From: Catajapyx aquilonaris
Taxonomy: Eukaryota
Assembly: GCA_000934665.2 (NCBI GenBank)
Contig: KZ538768.1
Location: 124,001-177,533 of the forward strand
DNA: 53,533 nt
Direction of reading: 5' to 3'
The notes below the pieces were generated by a model that saw only the letters and a list, made by a program, of their open reading frames with translations, was not told the DNA's origin and ran no database searches. How positions within the stretch are numbered: the first letter of the stretch is position 1; every line of letters starts with the position of its first letter. Made by a program: the position numbers and the translations under genes. Shown in pieces: positions 23,399 to 36,700 of the stretch.

Positions 23399-26300
23399 GT
23401 TAGTATTTTATATTCCACTAGTTATATCAGTGCAGTAAGGGAAAGTTGTGTGCTGAAAAGGATGAGTAGAACAGGGCTGTGAAGTGATCGAAGTACCGTT
23501 GCACCTGAATCAATTAGTCATCAGGCTAAACTAGGGCACAAGGTTTTTTCAGTTACTTTATTTTTGTACGTTGTAAGGGTGCTGGGGACTGATTCTCAAG
23601 GATTTGTCAGTTTGTCAGTCAGAATTTAATATAGCAGAAAAGCAGGTACAGTAGTTTCATAATTTGTGTCACTTGTACAAAAACAGTTATTTCTTCCACA
23701 GGCAGGCTTCGGCAGGCATTCTTATCACATGGATGGGAAAGAAAAGCCCAGAGGCATTCTTGCCTCTTTAGTGCCAGTACTTCCGAAATATGACTCTGCT
23801 GATGACTGCGTCACAACTTATGTCACCTCCCCTTCGGACATGTGGGTCCACATGTCAGCAAATGGAGATATTCTGGCTGCTGTCTCCAATCACCTGAGGT
23901 CCATCTGCCCTATTCTGAATCCCCTAGAGCCACACACCATTGAGAAGGGATTAAAAGTTGCAGTGAGGTGTGAGGACAAGTGGTACCGGGCTCAAGTGGA
24001 GTCCTGCTACTTACAAGTACATCTGCTGGAATATGGCTACAGCACTCCAGTATCTCTTGAAGATGTGGTTAAGTTGCCTGCTGAGTGTCAGGAGCTGCCT
24101 CCATTGGCTACTCACTGCAGCCTTGGAGGCGTGCTGCCTGTAGACGTGGAGAAAGGCTGGGACCAGGAAACCAAGATTTTAGTGGAGAAGTTTGTTAGTG
24201 AGCCTGGTCTTCAGGTTACGCATCTTGGACTGGTGAGTATGAGCATATAGATTCATAGTGTGCATGAATTGCATGCCACAAAACTGATATGTGAAAGCAG
24301 TGTCTCGTTTACACAAAGCGGTATGAGCCATTTGACAGCTGCACATTGCAATAAGGTAATGTTTTCTGGGCCAAATGACCTCATTGCCATTTGCCGATGT
24401 GCCTCATTCCTGTTGGATGGCATAGAAGGACATTTTCCCTTGGAATAATGTTCAGCTGTGATTCATACTGTACAATATTAAGATAACATGACCCCCTCAA
24501 ACCATGGGAGTGAGTGACCTAGTTTACACCCAACCGGACAGCTATTAATGCAAATTTCTAGGAGTGTTGAAGTTACAAGAAATAGAAAGAGAGGTGCCAA
24601 AGAGGTGATCCTTCCATCTGCATCTGCTCAAGATTTAATTCATTATTTAATTCATTTCTTTCACATCAATAACGAAGTTGTTTTTTTTTTTTCTGCTGAT
24701 CCCTCCTGAAATAGTAGTCCGGACGCTAAGAGCCAATTTTGAGGCGAACCGTTCACTTTGTGAAGATAGCATGAAATTTGGCATAGATGTAGAATAAACC
24801 TTACTCTTCAAATACAGATGTGGAGCCACGCGAGATTTTGCCCCGGAGGCGGGTTGGCTACCCTGAAGCGAGTGAAAAGTCTCTTTCTGAGCGAACTATG
24901 CTTCTTAGGCGGATATGTGCCAAACAAATGTTGTGGGGAAACATGTATCCTACAAAAAGTATATAGTAACATTTCCACGTACGGTCCGTATTTTCGGAGC
25001 TACTGCGACTTGAACCAAATTACGGGACGAAAAAAAAGTCAACCGTGCATTGGTGAAATTTGGTAAGAATGTCCCTGAGACCATACTCTTCCAATCCAGA
25101 TATGGCGCCACGGCCGTTTTCGTCCTGGAGGCCCGTAATTGCGGGTTGGCTACCTTGAAGCGAGTTGAAAGTATTTTCTGAGCGAACTATGCTTCTCAGG
25201 AGGAAATGTGGCAAACAAAGGTTGTACAGAAACATGTATTCTACAAAAAGGTATAAGTACGTTTTCCACGTAGAGTACTTATTTTCAGAGCTACAGTGAC
25301 TTGAACCCATAGTCATGGAATTAAGGGAATTAAGGTCAACAATGCACTTTGGTGATGAAAGCATGAAATTTGGTAAGAATGTCCCTGAGACCATACTCTT
25401 CCAATCCAGATGTGGAGCCACCCCAATTTTCGCCCCGGAGGCCCGTAATTGCCGGTTGGCTACCCTTCAGCGAGTGAAAAGTATTTTTCAAGTCGCTGCA
25501 GCTCTGAAAATAAGGACTCTAAGTGGAAAATGTACTTATACCTTTTTGTAGAATACATGTTTCTGTACAACCTTTGTTTGCCACATTTCCTCCTGAGAAG
25601 CATAGTTCGCTCAGAAAATACTTTCAACTCGCTTCAAGGTAGCCAACCCGCAATTACGGGCCTCCAGGACGAAAACGGCCGTGGCGCCATATCTGGATTG
25701 GAAGAGTATGGTCTCAGGGACATTCTTACCAAATTTCACCAATGCACGGTTGACTTTTTTTTTCGTCCCGTAATTTGGTTCAAGTCGCTGTAGCTCCGAA
25801 AATACGGACCGTACGTGGAAATGTTACTATATACTTTTTGTAGGATACATGTTTCCCCACAACATTGGTTTGGCACATATCCGCCTAGGAAGCATAGTTC
25901 GCTCAGAAAAAGACTTTTCACTCGATTCAGGGTAGCCAACCCGCCTCCGGGGCAAAATCTCGCGTGGCTCCACATCTGTATTTGAAGAGTAAGGTTTATT
26001 CTACATCTATGCCAAATTTCATGCTTTCTTCACAAAGTGAACGGTTCAAACCCTTACCATCCGGACTATAGAGGAAAATATTATTCTTGAATAGCATTCA
26101 AGTCAATTTTATTTGTGGAAAAGATATACGTATGTTACCTCCATGATGATAACATACTGTATGTTCAAGTGATGTAAGTTAATTAAGTTTCACTCTGTCA
26201 TAATTTTAAATGGGCTTTTTGCATAACTGATCCATTTCCTTGTCACTGTTTCTTGAGACCAGTCATGTGAGTGTGGGCATTGACTTAAATAAAGTAAATC

Positions 26301-29300
26301 CACCAACTTGTGTCCCCCACCATTTTTCTCGCCCAATTTATGACCTCCTATGGAAAAAGTTAAATAACAAGAATTCAAAACATGTAGCATAGTAATTAAC
26401 CACTTTGGGAGCACTTCCTATCTTTATTTAGCAACCTGTAGTAAGGTGAAGGTCAGTAGTGAGTTGGTTCTCAAGAATTAAATTTGAGTGTCAAGTGCTG
26501 CACAGCGACAGTGTATTATGGGGTGAAAAATGCCATTTCCGTGAAGACAGTGGTTCTCAAACTGAGGGGCGCGCCCCTGGGGGGGGGGGGGNNNNNNNNN
26601 NNNNNNNNNGGAAGTACCATACAGGTATAGCATGAGAGCGCCTTTTTCAGTGCTAAAAAGCCGCTCAACCAGGTTCAACCCGCTGCACTTGCCAGTCGGG
26701 GCCAGTCAATTCGAACAGAAAGGATGTGACGTCCCACCGTAATAAAATAATTGATTACTCCCGTATTTCTAATTGTTTTGTAAAACTGATCGGGGTTGTC
26801 GCCACCTACGATTTTTCCTCACCCCCTCACAGCACGCTTGACCCGTGACTCTGAAACACCCTGTATATTTTTTACATGTTTATTTTAAAATGGGGGAACA
26901 GTTTGAAGGTTACAATTAGTAATTGAAGATGTCCTTTTCCTCTTGTGAATGTTTGTTCTAATCGTACCGATGCATTTTAAGAGTTAGTGTGGGCGTGTCA
27001 GAAAAATCTGTCGTTCGCCAATTGATGACACCCTTAGAAATAGTGTGTATTTACATTCGAATTGTTACATTTACAATCATATTGTAATAGTTTTATGATT
27101 ATGAAATGGATCTAAAAGGAACATTCGATGAATAGCCTTTTCAGTCGTTAATGATGATTGGATCCAATATGTTAATGACACCGTCTGTCATAAATAAGAT
27201 GTTGGGCTGTCAGGATTCGGTATTTCATGCATTTTCAAGACATATTGACATTTATTGGACTTTTATTTCTAACGGAACTTTTTGCCGATGCACGGATTAT
27301 AGGGAGTGTAATGTACATACTCTTCAGAAAGAGGCATAAAATCATCAGTGATAAAGTGAGCCAGACTTGGACATAATCCAGAACCCCCATCATGCCGGAA
27401 AATCTGGTTTTCACAATAAAAATTAAAATTAAAAAGTGCAGAAAGAAAAAAATGGGTGTCATAAAATGGACAAAAGCAGGGGTCACAAATTGGATTGAGG
27501 GTGTACAGGGTCATGATGCAGCATGATAGCAAATTTCACTTTGTGTGGTAGTCAGTATTAAGGAAAGTAAAACACAGATTCAGGTCGAGCATCAAATTAA
27601 CTATCCAGACAAGTCTGTAACATTATTATTATTATTATTATTTTTCTTTAGGGTGTTATGTGCAGAACCCAAAATCGGTATTTTTTTTTCTCCTTAAGAT
27701 GGTATATAAATTGGTAGGTTTACCTTAATATATTCTTTGCCTAATGAGTTGCTTTGTGGCATTTTTACATCTAGTTTCAACTATTAAAGCCTTTTCCCAT
27801 TATGCACCAATAGCATTAAATTGCTGTGAAAAACTTATATTAATGAATGTTGCAATGGAAGAAATCTTGGAAGAAATTGCTGTGGTTTGTTCTTTCATGT
27901 GATGCAGCAATGTTAATCAACATGGCATTTTCAGAGAGAGGGAAGACCCCTGATCAAGTTGTATGACGTGAGAGGCGAGAGTTTGGCAGACATGCTGATC
28001 AAGAAAGGCCACGCCCAGCCATTTGAACCTGAGAGAATGCCTGATTTGACAGAGGTTGTTGGCTCCTGGCTGAAGAAAGGGATGGAGCTACATGCAGCTA
28101 TCAAAGTGGTGGATATACAGGGAGGCCGACCCATGTGCATAATATCTTCCGAGGGGAAGGAAATTAAGTGCAGCCTGGATTCATGGGTAAAGCACATGGG
28201 AGAGTCAGCAGCTCCACAAGACAAAGATGAAGTCCATGCGACTGGCTTCGAAGCAGTTGCCGGGGCCAATGGAACTGACCAACACCTGGGCTCGCAAGAA
28301 ACATTTAGCAATACACGGTATTTATTTAATAAAATAATTAGAGTTGATGAGGTGGACAATATATTTTTAGGCCTTGAGTGACTGACTCACACTGACTCCT
28401 TGCCAGGGATTCCTGCTGTACTAGGGTGTCATTTGGTTTACAAACAATTTTGCATGGTTCTGTCCTTGGTTCTGTCCATCAGCTTGTTTGATTTAAGTAG
28501 AAAAATTTATTGAGCTTTAAACTTCATTGATCAAGTTGCCAAGTCCTCCTGTTCTTTATCATCGAATTAGGTGGTATGGTGGTGCAGTGGTAAGGCCACA
28601 GACCCTTGAGATCCGAAGTTCGATCCCCCAGTTTGGACAGAGGATTTTCTGATTATGGAACTTTTCAGTGGCTTCTTTCTGTTGGGCCTCAAAATAAGAA
28701 TTCCTATGAGGCTAAAGCTTATCATAGGATAGGGTATCCATTTATTAGTACAAGTATAAGAGTGAATGTTGGGATGACTCTTAATTTTTTATATGCTAGC
28801 ACAGTGGTTTCCAACTGGGGGGTCGCGAGCCTTGGTTCAACTTTTTTTGTGTGCAATTTCTGTGCCAATTGAACCATTTTTGCGTCTGTACAGAGTGTAT
28901 GTTTTCTGGAAAGGGGGCAATTGTAGAAAGGGCTGGGGTAGGGGAGGAAAGGTGGGTTGCACATTTATGTAACCATGTTTAGGGGGTCGCAGTTGGTAAA
29001 ATGTTGGCAACCACTGTGATAGCATGTCTGTCATCTTACTGATTGAACCAAATTATGATAATTATAAAATCATTAGATGATATGATTTGATGAAATCATT
29101 TCAGGGAGACAACAAGAGATGACAGTGGACTCCACATTAAAGGACTGCCTCCGCATTTTACTGAGGTACGTTTGGGATATGAAATGTAGTTTGGTACATA
29201 TTTAACTTATCAGCACTGACCATACAATAACCCACCCTTTCTCTCCTATCTCCTAGACGTCAGATAATAATCTGAGGTGGATAATTGGGGTTCTACTGTA

Positions 29301-32300
29301 TATCGAATTCAATTTTTTAGTTGGCATATTTTTCATTCATTCATTATGTCAACGCATAATCCCAGAAATGGGGTAGCCAGGAACAACTAGTTTATGCCTA
29401 GCCATCTCGTATGACCATTACAATGGATCTTCTGGTGACTGGTCAGGCCACACAGAAGATATAATGAATTAGGTGATGATGACAGGTGATATGGACACAT
29501 ACATACAAATACATGAACATACAATGTAAAAAGTTAATAACAGTATAAACAAAAATATAGAGCAGCTGGAGACTAGGCCGCCAACTCCATCCCTTCGGCG
29601 ACGGTGTTTGGCACCAGGTTGGAATCTTGCCAGAGAGCACCCAAACTTGCGTCCTTCCAGTCAAAACTTAATTAGAACTTAGGTTAGTTGGCATATGCTA
29701 AGAATAAAATGTTTATGAAGCATGACCATGATTTTGAAGACTACATTTGGCTACAGCTAGACTTTCATGAAAACCTAGATCCAGTTTGTTGTGTATTTTT
29801 TTGCACATGTGAAACTTGTACTCTCTGTATCACCTGATCCCATTTCGATCACAATATGAAACTTTGGGAGGTGCAAGAGGATAGTACAAAGTAACTGTGA
29901 GAATTTTTTTCAAACTTTTAAAAATCACATATTTCGAAATATTTAAATTTAAAAATTTTATTGAATTTAAAATTTTCAATAAATATGCTAACCACTGTCA
30001 TGTTACATATCAAATTTAAGGCCATCTAAATACTTCTAATATGAGGCATTGCCCAGGTTTCTATCTCATGCCCAGGTTTGTATCTCGTCTGGTTCCTGAG
30101 AAAATAACACCTAAGTATGTCAAGACGCTGCAATTTTTAGTCAAAATTAGAATATTTCACGTTTAATTACTTTTGAACGGTAGGCAAAAAAAAAATCTTT
30201 CTTGTGGTTTTCATTCATAACTAGGTAAGGACACATGGTACACCAAGTTTCATCAAAATCTGAGGGGTCAAGGCCAATCAGTGTGATGATTTGACATGGA
30301 ATGACCCCCATTACATTTCAACCAGTGTTATGACACATTGTCATACCCACAACAATGGGTAAGACTCAACTAGCTCAGATGGGACGCAGGTTCCGTTAGG
30401 AAGGACACCAGAATGAGAGTTCAAACCAGATGTATTATTTCCTTCAGAGTATACAGAACAAGTGCCAAAGAGCGAGAGGGCCGCTGAGCAACACCCCTGC
30501 TTATATAAGGTCGCTTCCCCCCACAATGACTTCGGGACTTGAAGGGGGAGGAGAGTGGGAGCATGAGTTGGGGGTACTGGGCACGTGCCTCACAGGGCGG
30601 GAAGGGGTTGGAAATACAACATGTCAGGAACAAGGTTCCTGACATGTTGACATAAAATGATAAATGCAAATAAATTTCACAATATAAACTGTTACCAGTG
30701 TATACATAACTTTCTACTCCCAATTTATTAGAAGAATGTGGATGTACAGCATATGTATAGCACCCTCAATTTATAATATTTAATTTAGGCAAGGTATGAA
30801 ATTACAGTAAAACCTCGATATGAAGCTCTACAAGGGACCTCCCAAAAGTAGCGTTGTAAGCAGGATAGGATTATATGCAGGAAAATTTACCTTACGGAAA
30901 TTATCAAGGGGCCGGAAAAAAAGGGGGCATTAAAAGCGGGAAAGTGTTATATATGGCAGCATTATATCGAGGTTTTACTGGATACGATATTAATAATTCT
31001 TTTCACATCACCGTTTGGAACCACCATTGCCTTAGTTGATGCAATTTTTCCAGTGCTGTCACTTTTATCGACATCTTTTGTATTCTTTAGAATCCCTGTC
31101 CAAGAGAAAAGAAGTTCTCGGAGCCTACACGACTCCATCCTAAGAGAGTTCATAACCTCAATTGTATGATGACGCACTTGAACTCTCCCGCTGACATCTG
31201 GGTGCAGCTCAGCGTAAACAGTTTTATCTTGGCCGCCTTGATGAAAGAACTTGAGACAGTGGGCCCTACCCTCATGCCCCTAAAGCCTGACACCTTCAAA
31301 GTGGGAGACATGGTTGCAGTGGAGTTTGAGGATGAATGGTATCGTGCGAAGGTCACCTCTATTGCCTTCCGAATAGGCATTCAGTATGTGGATTATGGCA
31401 ATAGAGACGAAGTCAGTGCTTCAGAAGTGTTTGACCTGCCGGAGGAGTGCAAGAACTTGGCTCCACTGGCCACGCAATGCAGCCTGGCACGCGTGAGGCA
31501 AAGGGACTGGCAGACCGGCTGGGCCCAAGCTGCTTGTGCTCTTCTTGCCAAGTTCATGAAGCAGACGACCCTCTCCGTAGAGTGCACTGGACTGGTGAGT
31601 CTTGGTTTGTTAAGCCTGTTGACAAGAGATTTTTGGAGCTTATTGCATTACATGAAAAGGAGTGTTACTGCTTCAATTTTCATTATTTCACATCATCCAT
31701 TGATAGGATTGTGAGTTGAAGGTGTCCCCAGGTGCATGCCAACAGTAATATATCCTTGTGTGAAGTTATTTTAGAAGATGGTTGAAACTTGCATTGTTTT
31801 GCATGGTAGAATCAAATGAAAGTGGGATAGGTAATTGTGTGTAGGGTAATTTGTCATCAAAGAATTAAAATTACTTGCCTTGTTGATAGATTTGTGTGCA
31901 CTACTCCACTCTATCTGACCCACTCTTGGGAATTGCAGATGACTACTTTCATAATGCCCATTACAACAAGTGCAATTACTAGTCACAAGAACAAGCCAAC
32001 AAGCATTCTAAAATCACGATCAAAATTTAATGAATTATGTTTAATATTAATTTTAAATGCTGCCCTTGTACTGAGAGTTTGAAAAAAACTCAGGTAGATA
32101 GCTCGCTACATTTATGATCCCAAAAAAGTCTTTTGGACATTAGTTTTGATTATTGGATTCATGTTTATCTTACCTTTACATGCACTTCCAGAATGAGACA
32201 GTTGCACTAGTGGACTTCTATGATGACAAGGGTAAGAGTGCATCTGATCTGCTATTCGAGAATGGCTTTGCCGTACGGGACGCAGATGTAGTGTCACCAT

Positions 32301-33685
32301 TGGAAGCTGCACCATCAAAGACAAGGTATTGTATGAGATCAACAAGCCTATTATCTGATTGGGTATTTTTTGTGCTAGATTTGAGTAAATGTGGTATTAA
32401 TAATAAGATCTTGAGTGTCAGGTGAAGTCAGTAAGAGATTGATACTGTATCTACATTATTATAATTATTAATACACTTCCCTGACAAGAATTCCTCCTTG
32501 GACCCTTAGGCCTACGACGTTGGGAGTGGTCTCTAATTTAAGGCAATCATGTGTAAATGCGCATTAAGTTTTTTTGTTATAAAAATTCCCAGGAGGAGAG
32601 AAGAAAAGTGCAAGTTTTTTTTGTACCGTACTGTGTTTGTCCAGCTTTGGTTACCATGGCAACCTGATTTTCAGTTTTGCCTAATTTTGGCAATAGGTTC
32701 ACTAGTTGGATTTTAATAGCCTGAGGCCGGGTTGCACCGGCTCCCGGAAAAGTCTGGCCGAAGAAGAGCCACATTAGTTTGTTATTCATTGTTGACAGAA
32801 TTGTTGACAGCAATGAATAACAAACTAACCTGGCTCTTCTTCGGCCAGACAAATTTTCCGGGAGCCGGTGCAACCCGGCCCAAAGGTGCGTTTACATGTG
32901 AGTGATGACATCCCTGAGTAACCAGAGTTACGATTGTTACTGTGATTGTTACTTTTGCTCCTAACAATTGGATTCATCGCTCGGCAATGACATTGCGCGA
33001 TCAAATCGCTGACAAGTAAACGCATCTGAAGAGTTTTAGAAGTCTGAATATGCTGAAAAGCTGGGGTTTTCTCAGAAATTAGCCAAATTTTTTCCCAACG
33101 CGAAATTTAAAAAATAAACACTGTGTGTAATTATGCAGAATATTCTGCAGCTTAAGGGGGCGCAGGAGCAAAAATACAGTAAAACAGATGGTGATTGTTT
33201 GCACAACGATATGTGGGTTTTGTTGCCCCCTCTCAAACAATCCCCCATGGCCCCCTTCTGTTGCTAAACTGCCTTCCCGTTCCCACACTACATTTGAAAC
33301 TCGTGTCTAAGCTTCGTGTGTCTCTGGCGACGACCCCAACAAACTTGTTTATGTATGCAGCATAGGAGGATTCAACATGCCTATGCTTCTGCAGCTATAT
33401 GGCCTCAAAAATTGTTCAATCGACACAGAAATTGCACCAAAAAATAGTAGATCATCTGGCGCAGGGCATCTAGTTCATCTTTATTCCATTTTCCGCCTAG
33501 AAATGACCTTACGGCGAGTTGAAGTGAGAGGAAAATGGAGTTTCTGAAAAGTCAATTTGAATAACATGGTAAATAAATCGCGACAAAATCGGACTCGCTT
33601 CTATGCCCGTATGGCCGCAATTGTGTCGAGTATGGTACCATTGTCAAGGCCAAACCTTTGTGTAAGGCACCTAGTTTGTGAGGTT

Positions 33686-33731
<46 letters not shown>

Positions 33732-36700
33732 TAATAATGATAATAATGATAGTAATAGGGGAGGTGTAGATGGCCGAGATGGTAACATCTTGGATTGCTG
33801 AGTGAAAGGCCCCAGGTTCGATCCCCACCTGGGAAACTTTCCTTTCACCTGCTTCAGGAGGGTCTCTGACCTGCACCAAGGAGGTGTCTGGCAACCTAAC
33901 CTCCTGGGGGACAGCACATGACCCATTTGTAGACATTGCACTTGCACCTATGTTCCCTCCCCAAAAAATCCCTACCCCTACCCTACATCCTTGACTCCTT
34001 GCACCGGTGAATGAAGTTAATATAGGAAAATGGAGTGAAATGGTGGTATTCCACCCCCCTAAAAAGGCTCAGCCTTATCACGGGGTAACATAAAAAAAAA
34101 GTAATAGTACTAATAGTAATGGTAATAATAATAATCATTCATACCCGTTATCAGCCGGCGGCTCTTTAGGGGGGGAGTTCATCCCAATTTTGTTTTAACT
34201 GGAACTCTTTGCTTTCATTTTTACTTTTCTTTTTGGGATAGGATAGGGACGGAAGGAAGCGGCTGTGGCCTATTACAGTATTTAGGAAGCAATCCTGGAC
34301 TTCTCCTGGGTGGACCTTTATAATTGATATTAGGGAGGTTGGCCCAGGATTGCCTTTCAACCTCCAAAGATAGGGAAGGAAGGAAGCGGCTGTGGCCTAT
34401 TATGCGGAAGCGACCCCAGAATTATTCTTGAAAGACCATGGGCAACCACAGAAAACCATGGTCAGGGTTGCCGGCCCCAGGAATCGAACCCATGACCTCC
34501 CGATTAGCAGTCGCACACCTTATCCACTCTGACACTAAACTGCTTCGGTATTTGTGAGGCTTTTGGATTAATTATGAGTTTCGACACAAAAAATTAAGTT
34601 CCCTGTGAAATGCTTCCTACCGTATTTTTGCTACTTCGCCCCCTTTAAGTATGATTTTGTCCTATGTTTATCTGAATTGTTGAGCATCATAGCTGCGAAT
34701 ATTTTTCAGGTGCCCATCAGAGAAGGAGACAGCCCTCTTCATCACGGGACTTTCACCCACGAAGACCAAAGTAAGTGGTTATGAGATTGGGCAAGTCATT
34801 GAATAATGAGCAACACAATAAATGAAACACCATGTTGTATGCTTAAAAACACTATAGATACTTAATGCCAGTAAAGAATAATGTCACAAATGTACGGTTA
34901 TTACTTGACATTAGTACATCTCTATAAGATGTGCCTTGTGGAACCATTCCATACTGTGAGGTATATGGTGCTGCCTTCTCCATTGGTTCTGAAGTTCTTC
35001 CACAGTTTTCTTTCTTGTTTTCCTTCCACAAGGATGTTTTGCGATTTTGCCCCCTTTTACATGGGTGTTGCTCCTTCCATTATTTCCTTTCTTAGATGTT
35101 AGAGTACTCACTCTTATTTTCATTTTTGCTACCCTTGGCTATTTTTTATTCCTATCCCAAATGCTTAACTCTTAATTTATTCACTACATTCATCCATTGA
35201 CATCCACAGTGATTCCAGGCATGTTATTAATCCAGTTGGTGCTGTTATGTTGTCACATATTGCTGTGTAAAGTTATTATTAACTTTTTCCCCCTCCCTCT
35301 GCAGGAGGAGGTTTCTGCTCTCTTTGAGAGAGAGACTACCCTACGCCCTCACACTGTCTGCACGGGCACACTACGTGATGATCAGTGTTGGTTTATTGCC
35401 GTATTTCAAACGCACAATGATGCCCAAAAAGCCATGGAGAAGTTACATGGCTTTCGTGTAGCCAAATCCTCCACTCCCCTGACTGTGACATTCAAGAAGG
35501 CAAAACGGTCCCCACGTGAGGGTGATGGCCAGAGGGTTGGGCAAAAGAGTGTGAGATTCTCTGACAAGCATGCAGGTGGCCTAAGACAAGAACAGGTGAC
35601 TATTTGTCTAGCATTATCCACTTCCATACTTTTAATGTCCCAGATAACTCCTGATTATACTTCCAGCAGTATCCTGCCCAGAGGAACTGTGTGGCACTTG
35701 CTGAGACTGGTGGAGATGGTGACAAAGCTGGCCCATCAAGGTTTGTAGGTTTCAGTAAAATATCTAGGTAATGAGGGTAGTACACTACTTGAAGTAAGGG
35801 ATTTATTCGCATATTGAAGTGCTTGCAGAAGGGCTCTGATTTCACAGCTTTTCTCAAGTCTTCCTGAGTTTGCTTTGAAATGTGACATCTCATAGGTGAT
35901 GGTTATTTTCCAAATTTATGCTAATGATGTGATACTTTGACTATTTTTCAGGACAACTGATCACCGAGCGTCATTCATGACCAACATCCCAAAACATTCC
36001 AATGAGGTAAGTGACAGAGCCGAAGTACACCCGCGAGCATAAAGATGGAGACGGCAGGCCCTTTTTGACATTTTTTTAAATCCGACTCAAATTAATGAAC
36101 TCTTTTTGGACCGAGTTGGCTGCTTCAGGCGTGTGTTCGTGTATTTATGACAGTATATTTGAAACCGTAATAGCTGAGATTGGCAGAGCAGCCTGCCGAA
36201 GGTGAGGACCTGCCGTCTCCATCTTTATGCTCGCGGGTGTACAAGGGGACATACCCCAAGCAAATCTTTTAAGTAATTAGTACTAAACTTGTAATCAATG
36301 AGCATGATTAATTGAACTGCATCTCCCAGAAATGAGAGAGAGAAGCTGCTGAAACATATCTCAGATTCAGCTTAACTTAAATGTTAATTACCAAGTAGGC
36401 TAGTCCCCAAGTCATATTTTTCAAGGTACTTTCCAGAGATGTTACTGTAGATGCAAGTCCTTAAAAACGTCCAATATGGGATACATTGAATTCAGGTGGA
36501 ATTCAAGGAACCTCTACTAGAACAATCCTTCATGGAATGGAGACAGTAACTTGCTTAGGGACTTAATGCCGTGTGTTCATATGGCATCTTCAAACATAAA
36601 GTTCACTCCTGGCTGTAGGGCTGTCAAAAAAAACACAATATAAAAGAAAATCACACCGCTGTTCTTTTTCCATAAGGGCATATGGAAAAAGAACCGCTTC

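Larger units (their letters stand above)
23369..29258 (+). repeat. Segmental duplicate II, copy 1 (start exon, A, B, C)
   Basis: Aligns with 36731-40315 including introns. Confidence 0.9.
33156..34644. mobile_element. TTAA-targeting non-autonomous DNA transposon (Kolobok-like) containing nested SINEs
   Basis: TTAA|GGGGGCG..AGCAAAAATAC / GTATTTTTGCT..CGCCCCCT|TTAA; empty site at ~4052 in the paralog. Confidence 0.75.
30787..36489 (+). repeat. Segmental duplicate I, copy 2
   Basis: Homology ends at ccaatatgggatacattga (8983 / 36489). Confidence 0.9.

Noticed and set aside
24647..25975. Mirror-image ORFs on both strands (also 12725-13512)
   Set aside because: Products of the inverted repeats, not genes
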